IMG/VR virus record: IMGVR_UViG_3300009431_000004
Source of the DNA: a virus
DNA: 64,000 nt
Strand: one strand, 5' to 3'
The notes beneath the pieces were generated by a model, which was not told the origin of the DNA, did not search any database, and saw only the letters and a list, made by a program, of their open reading frames with translations. Shown here one piece after another: positions 29,676 to 38,600 of the stretch. Positions within the stretch are counted from its first letter, which is position 1, and the number at the start of each line of letters is the position of its first letter. Position numbers and translations under genes: made by a program.

Positions 29676-32600
29676 CGATGCTCTCCGTGGCTTCCTCCAA
29701 CAACAGGAGCCGTTCTCTCTCCGCCAGCCGCTCCGGCAGCTCCTCGTCGAACCGCTTGATGCCCGCCAGCGTCCCCAGAATCTTGTGAACCCTGTAGGCC
29801 AGCCAGACGTACCGGATGGGCCGGAAACGGTCCGACTCGTCCAGCACGAGGTCAATGCGCTCGGGCAGCACCGGGCGAACGTCACTGCCCCCACCTATGT
29901 CATCGGTATAGGCCGTGTAGGGCGTGCCCCCCGGCGCTGAGAGCTTCATCGCTACGTTCTGGTAGGGCGGGTCGGCGTGGGTCAGGCGGTCGAGCCGCAG
30001 GTCGAAAATCCAGAAGCGCCGGTCCAGCAGGGAGAGGCAACTCCGGTTATTCATGAACGGGACAGTCCCCAGCTCCCCAATGATTTCCTCGATGAAAGCG
30101 TTGCTCAGGACGCCCATGCCGGACTCCGGGTCCGTGACGATGCCGAGGTCCGAGATGTGTTCCTTGTCTTGGAACTCGTAGTAGGAGCCGTACTTCCAGC
30201 CCCGCAACAGCGCCCGCAGCATCTCGACGAGGGACAGCATCCGCTCGCGCATGGTCAGCACAAGGTCGATGGCCTCGTCCGAGAACAGGCCGGACGGGCG
30301 GATGACTTTGTAGGAGAAGGGGCGGATGGAGTAGTCATTGCCCTTGTAGGTCTGTGTCACCGGGTCACGCTTGGCCGTCGGGCGCAGGTCCATCTGGCCC
30401 TCGAAGGGGGCTATTGCACCAGTAAGGCCCGAATCCGAGATGGTTGGGTAGATGGCGTACTCCCGGTTCGGGGTCGTCCCGCTTGCAAACGTCACCCAGT
30501 TGGTGTCGTTGATGCCACCCGCGTAGGTCGAGATGGGGTCCACCTCCAAGTGCGGAGTCGCACCTCCGATGACCTTCAGGACGCGATAGAAGCCCCGGTT
30601 GTCGTCCAGCTCGCTGGGCTTGCCCGCCCAGTCGTGCGGAGGTGCAGGCCACCTGCTTGTGACGCCGAGGTCCCCCAGAGGACGCGCCCCTCTGTCCGGG
30701 ACAGCGGGCAGGCCGCCATGCTGGGGCAGAGTGCCTGCGGGGTCGATGACCACGATGTCCCCGACCCGGACGCCCACGGTCCCGAAGGTCTGGCTCCCGG
30801 AGGTCAGTTGGTCGTCGTACATCTTGTTGACCACGGTTTCGTAGTCCCCACCGGGTGGAATTTCCTCGACGTAGCCCCCCTCCTCGGTGTCCCAGTCGGC
30901 GTCGGAGCGGTAGACTTCCCGGTCGCTGATGAGTTCGAGGAGCTGCTCGTTGGACTGCTCGTGTGGGACTGGCGGCTGCCGGAGGTAAATCTCGAAGCGC
31001 ATCCCGCCGAGAGCAGTCAGCTCGGCAGGTGTGCGCCGCGTGATGCCGGGCATGGCCAGCTTGAGGGTGACGGAATCCTCGACCCCCGTAATCTCGACTT
31101 CCTCGATGAGCGTTCCGTCATCGTCGAGGAGCCGGAAGCGGTCCCCCGCGTTGATGTTCACGTCCGGGTCATCGAAGGGGCCGAGGTTGGTCCCGTCGTA
31201 GCTGAATCCGTCGTTCCACACATCCGGGGCGAGCGGGGCCGCCGGATTGGAGACGTTCCAGTTCATGACGAAGGAGGCCGTCACGACACCCCTCTGGCGG
31301 ACGTTGGTCGAGTAGTCGTTGATGCGACCACGACGCATCTCGTAAGCGAACCGGAGGGCGCGAAAGTGGTCCCCGGCTTCTTCCATGATTTCGTGCCAGC
31401 GCCGGACGCTCCGCACGGTGTACTGGACCTCCTCTCGGGCGTCGAGGGTCGTGGCGGCCCCACCGGGGTACTGTGTCCCCGCGTACTCCAATTCGTTACG
31501 GAACCAGCTCTCTTTCTCCCAGTCGGGGACAGCAGCAAGGGGGTCCGCGATGGGGTGGGTTCTGTCCACCACCAGAGCGTCAAGGACCGACAAGTTGGCC
31601 ACGGACCGGGGGAAGGACGGCTCGAAGAAGATGCCACCTTGCGCCCAGTAGCCGGGAACCACAGGCCCGGCGAGGTCGGCTACCGCGAGTTGCGTTCCCG
31701 GCAGAAGACAGTCCACCAAGGTCGGGCCGGGCGGTGCGGCGGTGTTGAGCGTCTCCCATTGGGGATGGGGGACATTCATGATGTCCAATGTATCCACGAC
31801 GTTGTGGTAGATGGGCGTCGTCAGGTCTGCCTCAAAATTGTTGCTCCCCACCGGGTTGTTCTCCCGGAGTCTCAGCGGGGTGCCTGCTCCTGTGCTAATG
31901 CCAGCAGGCCCCGTGAACAGGAGGTCTGCGCCGCCGGTCTGAATCGGCGGGCAGAGCGTGACGTGGCGGAACCCGCGTTCTGCGAGGGGGTCCTCGACCC
32001 CGACGCAGTTGTCGTCGGGGAGGCCGTACTCGGAGCCGCCCATGGCCACGGGAAGATAGGTCATCCCGGACACCTGCAACGCCCGGTTTCCGATAAGAGC
32101 GTCGAACTCGGCGTCAGTCGCAATCAGGGTGTTCAGTGCGTCCCTGTAGGTCGCGGGGTCGAGAGTGAATACTGCCTCCTCTCCCGGAGAGACGAACGAG
32201 GTGTAGGCCGCACTGATGAGTCCATAACGGAAATCAGCAACGACCCCCGAGGCCAAGGCGGAGAGGTCACGAATCAGATAAACACGCCCAGCCCCCACTG
32301 CCGGGAAGGCCGAATACTTGCCATTTACCAGCGGAGCGCCCGTGTACTTGGTCTGGGGCAGGAACGTAATGGTCAACTCATGTGTCGCCGGGTCGAAGTC
32401 CACCACCCTCGGGAATTCCAGAGGGCACCAGCCATTACCCGCTCCGGCAACTGTGGTTGGGGACACCTCACGACGGACCGGAGCGCCCGCGTTTGGTTCG
32501 ACCACATGCCGGATGAGATACGTCCCCAGCTTGGTACTGGCCGGGTGCGCGGCATCCACCGAGGAGTTGACAACGCACAGGTCGCCCTTCTGGATGAGCG

Positions 32601-35600
32601 CCAATCCCCCGAGGGCGGGCGGAGTCTCTATCACGAGCCGGTTGTCCGAAGTTCGCCGTTCGTTGGGGGTCAAGTCCGTGTTGTGGAAACCAGCGGCGAG
32701 GCCGACTCCACCACAGATATTGGTGGTCCCTTCGGCGTTGTCATTCGAGGGCATGGCCGAGAAGGTCACGTTGTCGCCCGTGATAGGAGTGTTCCCGTGA
32801 CCCTCGAAGCCCATGACCTTGATGGTGGCCAGCTCCGCCTCTGGGGCTGCCGTGGCTGGCTCCCATGAGCCGACCTCTGTCTGCCCATGCCGGAGCAGGA
32901 AGGTGTACGGGATGGGGTCGTTTGGCGGCGCAGGGTCGAGGCCGTTGGTGTAGCTGTTGACCTCGGTCCAGTAGTGCGGGTCTGGCGCAGGGTTCGGGTT
33001 CGGTGCCAGAACCTCCGTGACGACGAGCTTGGATTCCAGTTCCAACTGGACGAAGGGAGGAAGTGGCACGATTGGGTGGACGTACCCCCGTTCCTTGGCC
33101 ATGCGGAGGTCGTAGACCTCGTGGAAGGTCAGCCGGTCCTCCGCAATCCACCCGGTGGTGGACTCCCCACCAGCGGTGTTGATGTCGAAAGAGAACTCCT
33201 GCCCGTAGAGGGTCCGGTAAACCCCCGGAGCGGGGGTGACATACGGGAGGAACCATTCGTTCTCCTGACCCGGAGGTGGAGGAGGCGGCCCTCCAAGGTT
33301 GAACCACGGGAACCAGCCCGTCCCTTGGACGATGATTTGCTGGTTCGTTGGACTCGGGTAAGCCGGATGAGAGTCCCCGAAGGTGATGCCCGGCACGACG
33401 GCGGGGATAGCTAGTGGGTTGCCGTCCCAATCCACGGTCCAGACATTCGGGCCGATGATGAACATCGTGATGCCAATCACCCCGCCGGACATATTCGGGA
33501 AGGGCGGCCCGGATGCGCCGAGGGGCCAGAACTGGACGGCAAAATCCTTCCGAAGGATGAACTTGATGGCGATGACGTTAGTGGCCTTGGGGCCGACGAG
33601 TCCCCAGACATCGTTCAGGTTTCCCACGGCTGGCAGGAGGCCGTTGTTCAGCTCAAACTGACCGATAGAACTGAAGTCGAGGATGGTCACGCCGAGGGCG
33701 GTGTCCTCGATGACTTCGACTCCCGGCAATCCCGGCGCGGGGAAGTCGGGGTAGGTCTGCGACGGGTCGAGCCAGACCATGGCGTCGTCGAAGGTGTAGC
33801 GCACGGGGTCGCCCGTGTCGCTGACACCTCCGCCCGGAGCCGGAGCCGTGTGGGCCACGAATCGCGGAGGCTCGAAGCCGTAGGGCGGACCCGGCGGGAG
33901 CGGGGACGGGGGCTGTGGGTCGTAGACAGCGCCGACCGTATGGATGCCCATCGGGCCTTCGGTGGCAAAGGGACCGGGCGGCTGCATGAGAATCACGTCG
34001 TAGGGGCGCACCGTCCCCTCACCCACCCCGGTCCTTGACGGGTCTTGGACGGTCTGAAGGGTGGCCGGAAGAAGCGCCGGGGCCGTCATAACCTCGCCGT
34101 CGTTCCCCAGAATCTCGTCCGGGTAGACTGCATTGCCCAGCCCGTCCACGGCCACCATGACCCTCGGGAAGCTCGCCCCAATCTCGTCGAAGCGGTCCAG
34201 CTCCGTGTCGCCAGCCCGCATGTAGGGAATCTGGTAGTCCCCGGAGTCGTCCGTGATGCCTCCGTCGAGCGCAGGCACACGGAGCGGGTTCTGCCCCATG
34301 TAGAGGAACTCGACCGGCCCTTCGATAGCAGTCATGGGGTCCGGGGGCTTCTGGCCGAACAGCTCCTTGAAGCCGAACCAGAAGGGGTCGTGGAACGACG
34401 GGTAGGTCTTGTCCACCAGTCGCCCGTCCGACTTGATGTCCAAGTCGAAGCCCGTCCGGTAGCTGTCCAGCGCGTTGGCCATCCGCTCGAAGTCCACGAA
34501 TTCAGGCGGGTCTTGGAACTCGTTGGGGCCAACTCCGGTCATGGACCCGATGGGCGGCCCCACGAACACCGTGTCGCCCTGCTCCGCCGGGAACTCGTGG
34601 AGCGGGATACCCGAGTCGGGGGTCAGCCCGATGAGTACGCGCCCGGAGTCCGCGATGGGGTTGTCGTCGGCGTCCTGAAGGAGGATGACGCAGCCGTACA
34701 GCACTTCCCGAACGAAGATGCCCGTGAAGGAAGGTTCCCCGTCCACGTCGATGGGGTTGTCCCTGTCGTACAGTTCGTAGGTCGTGCCGTCGGGCCGACC
34801 CCAACGGAGCTGCTGCCCCTGCCAGAAACCCGGCACCGCCAGCTCGTAGTCACCGCTCCCCGCATCCGGGATTGAGCCGCCTTGCGAGAGGAGCTGTGCG
34901 TCATCCGGGTAGTTGGTGTCCGGGTCAAGCGGAACATCCCGGAGAAGCGCCGGGAAGGCGATGATGGCTGGGTCGGGTATGGCCATCACAGGCTCCGTCC
35001 CGCCCGTGAAGACCGCTGCCGGGATGCCGTCCGGCTGGTAAGCCCAGACACGACCACGAGCAAAACGCAGCCCAAGGTCCGCCGTAACGACCGTGGTGAT
35101 GTCTTCGAGGACCGGGTTGTAGAGCTGCCCGATGGTTTCGCCATGCGTACTCTGCCGACTCCCGTCGATGCTTCGCCCGTAAGTGTAGACCCCGAAGTCA
35201 TTTGCCTCGGGTTCAGCCCCCACGCCCGGATAGGTCATGAGGAAGGCCCGCGTCAGCGTCGGATAGAGCCGGGAGAAGCGGTGCTGGTCCGTCATCCGGG
35301 CGTAGATGCCCTTGGCCTTGTAATCGAAGAATGGGAAGGAGGTCGTCCGGGCGATGTGCCGCTTGCCGAGCTGGATGAACACCCGGTCGTCCACGTCATT
35401 CTGGACAAGCTGCCCTTGCCGGGCGGTCATATCTCGAAGTTGGGAGGGGTCCGGGAGGAACCCGTCGATGACTCCGCCGCTGATGGCCACGGTGCTGGGG
35501 GCCACAATCCAATCGGATTCGAGGTACGTGAGGTCGATGTCCGGGCGAGCCTCGTTGTAGACCTCGGACCAGACGTGGCGTGGCTGTACGAGGCCGGAGA

Positions 35601-38600
35601 TGGCGTCCTCGTATCCCGGCGTCGGCCAGTCTTTGTCATGGCCTACGAAGAAACGGAACTTGCCGTCACGGTCCCCGATGAAGCCGCCGGAGATGGTTTC
35701 GTTGACCTGCTCGAACGCTTCGATGCTCTGGTTGTAGAAGTCAAGGAACGTCCGGGCGGCCCGGTCCTTGTCTTCGAGATTCGACCGCTCACCCAGAAGG
35801 CCGTTCCGACCCAGCTCCCAGTTCTCGTCTCCGCCTCCCGCCGTGGTCGGTGCGCCGCTCGCAGGCTGCTTTGAGGTAATCTCCTCGACAGCCTCACGGG
35901 CCGCCTCACCCAAGAAGGCAGGCAACCGGACGCACCGGAAGTAGAAGGAGTCCGGGTTATAGAAGGTGTAGGTCGCGGTCAGCAACGCCCCCAGAAGGCC
36001 GTTTGCTTCGGTCGGGATGGCCCCGTAGAGGAAGTTTGCCGCGTACCGAGGGGTCGCCACCACCCCGTCCTTCAGGAAGGGCTGTAGAGGCCGTATCCGT
36101 GTGAAGTACAGATGGAGGAACTGGCCCGGTTGCAGGGCGGCCTGCACGGGTTCGAGCAACTGGAAATTACCCGTGCCGGGGTCGAGACTGTATTCGACGC
36201 CCTCCGCAAGGGTGCGTCCCGGCAACGGATTTCCGGCGGAGTCTGTCTCCCCGTCGAGGACCAGCTCATACGGCTCGTCGAGGAGAATCGGCCCCACCCC
36301 CAGAAAGTCGCGGCTCTCGGGCGGGTAGATGGGTCGGTACGAGAGCTTCACCAGCGGCGGGGTGTCCATGGAGAAACCGCTGCGGAAGCCGGACGTGACC
36401 GAAATCTTGGTCCGAGTGCCGTCGTCGTTCAGTGTCACCTCGGAAATGGTGAAGGGCGAACCGTCCAGCTCGAATACATGACCCGGTTGCGCGAACTCTG
36501 TCAGGTCGCCCGTGAAGGTGATGTGCTTCTGGCCCCGGCTCACCGGCTCGAAGGGGAAGACGCTGGTGTCCACCTCGGACATGAACCCCAGAGGAGCATT
36601 CGTCGGGGTCGGGCTGCCCCCATGCGGTGTGACCTCGGTGGCCACAGCTTCAGAGGTGACGACCGTGATGACATCGTTGCCCGGAGCGCGGGTGCCGACC
36701 TCGTTGGTGGTCGTGGGGAAGATGCCGATGCCGGTCACATCCCCCTTGTCCCGTCCTTCTGAGTCAGTGCGCGGCGGGTAGTAGGTCAGCTTCGTGACGT
36801 AGAAGCACTCCTCCCCGATGCGGAACATCTGGCCCAGCTCGAATTCCGCCGTCCGGTCGCCCCAGACGCCAAACTCGCTGACGCCCGCTTTGATAAAGAA
36901 GGGTGGCCTGTAGACCGGCTTCTGAGAGGACTCGTAGGCTTGCTCCCCACCCTGAGCCTCGAACACCGCGTAGGACACCGTGACCGGAATGTGCGCCTCG
37001 ACCGTCCTGACGAAGGTGAGACGGCCCTTGCCGTTCAGCTCACGGGGGTAGTCCACGAGGTAATCGGTGGTCCCGAAGTTCTGCATCATCGGGCCGATGT
37101 AGACCGTCGGCTCGATACGCTGGTCGATGGTCGTGTCCTCAGACCCGAAGGTGTAGGTGTTCCGGGCCGTGCGGACTGCTGCCTCGGCCCTCACGAAGAC
37201 CGGGAGGAATTCGGTAATCATCTCCCCCACTTTCCGGCCTTCGAGGTCCGCCCGCCAGTATTCGACCTCGATGGAGGAGTCCTGCGGGATGGGGGTGGTG
37301 AACGCGAAGGCTCCCAGCAGAGGACTGAGAGACACATCGCGGCGCTGCTCGGTAATCATCTGCTCGACGAAATAGGCCGTGGTCCCCTCGAAGGCGGCCA
37401 TGTCGGCAGCCGAGAAGTTCAGGTCCCCTGTCTGGGGTCGATACTCCACTTCGAGGGCTGCCATGTCGGCGGCGGGCAGGAATTCTTCGACGTACCAGAC
37501 CGGGGCCGCCGCGTAAGAGGTCAGGACGTTGGACCCGAACTTGAGGCGGCCCACGGGGTCTGGCCCGGATACCGCTGTCAGGTACTCGATAGCGTCGCCG
37601 GGGTCCGGGCTGAAGGAAGCAACCGGGTTCAGCCCAGAACCGTGGCTGTAGAGGACCGTCCCGACCCGGATGGAGAAAGACTCGGTGGTGAATCGGGTCG
37701 AGGTGACAGCGGGGACATCCAGCACGTTGTTGGCTATCGGCCCCAGCTCCGTCTGGGTGAGTTCAACCAGAGTGGCCGTGTTCGCTGCTGTGGCCAACAT
37801 GAGGCCGTACCTGATGTTGATGAGCCGACCACTGGACAGGGCCGCCTCCATGTTGGCCTGCAAGGGAGGTGCCGGAGTCGTGGCCGGAACTGCCCCCACC
37901 GGGGAGAGCATCAGAACCTTGAACGGCTCGGTTTGCAGGTGGTTGAAGTCCTTGTAGGTGATGTCCGCGATGACCGTGGGGTCGTACACATCACGGGTGA
38001 AGCCTTGGAACACCTCCCAGACGACCGGGTTGGGGGACGCAGCCGGGAACGGAGGCAGCACATCCAGCTCGGTCGGGCTGGTGATGGCCTGCACCGTGTA
38101 GGAACCTTCGGCGTCGCTGGACCCGACCTTGAGCCGGTAGCCCACCTGCACGGGGTTCGCCGGGTTCGTGTAGTCAGCAAAGGGGTCGGTGAAAGCTGTC
38201 CCGCCTTCTTGGAAGCTCCCCTGAGCGCCGGAGGCAACCCGCGAGCCGAACCGCTCGACGAGGATGACCGTACCGGGCGTGCCGTTCTGGGGCAGCACGT
38301 AGTCGTTGTCCTGACTTTGGAGGACCCTCGGGCCGCCGTCGGGCGAGATGTAGAGGCCGCCTCCGATGCCGGGCGCACCGAGCATCGACTCCGGGGACAC
38401 GGCTGTCTCCCCGAGGTTCAGGGTCGTGGTCATGGTGTCCACGGTCCCCTCGATGGTGTCCCGCTCCACCCAGTCGAACTTCCGCTGGCCGAATCGGTGG
38501 ATGATGTCCCTGTAATGCTGAAGGGGCTTGTTGACGACCTGCACATCGTCGCCGTCGGTGATGATGGTCTGAAGGTTGAAGAAGACCCCTTCGTCGAAAC

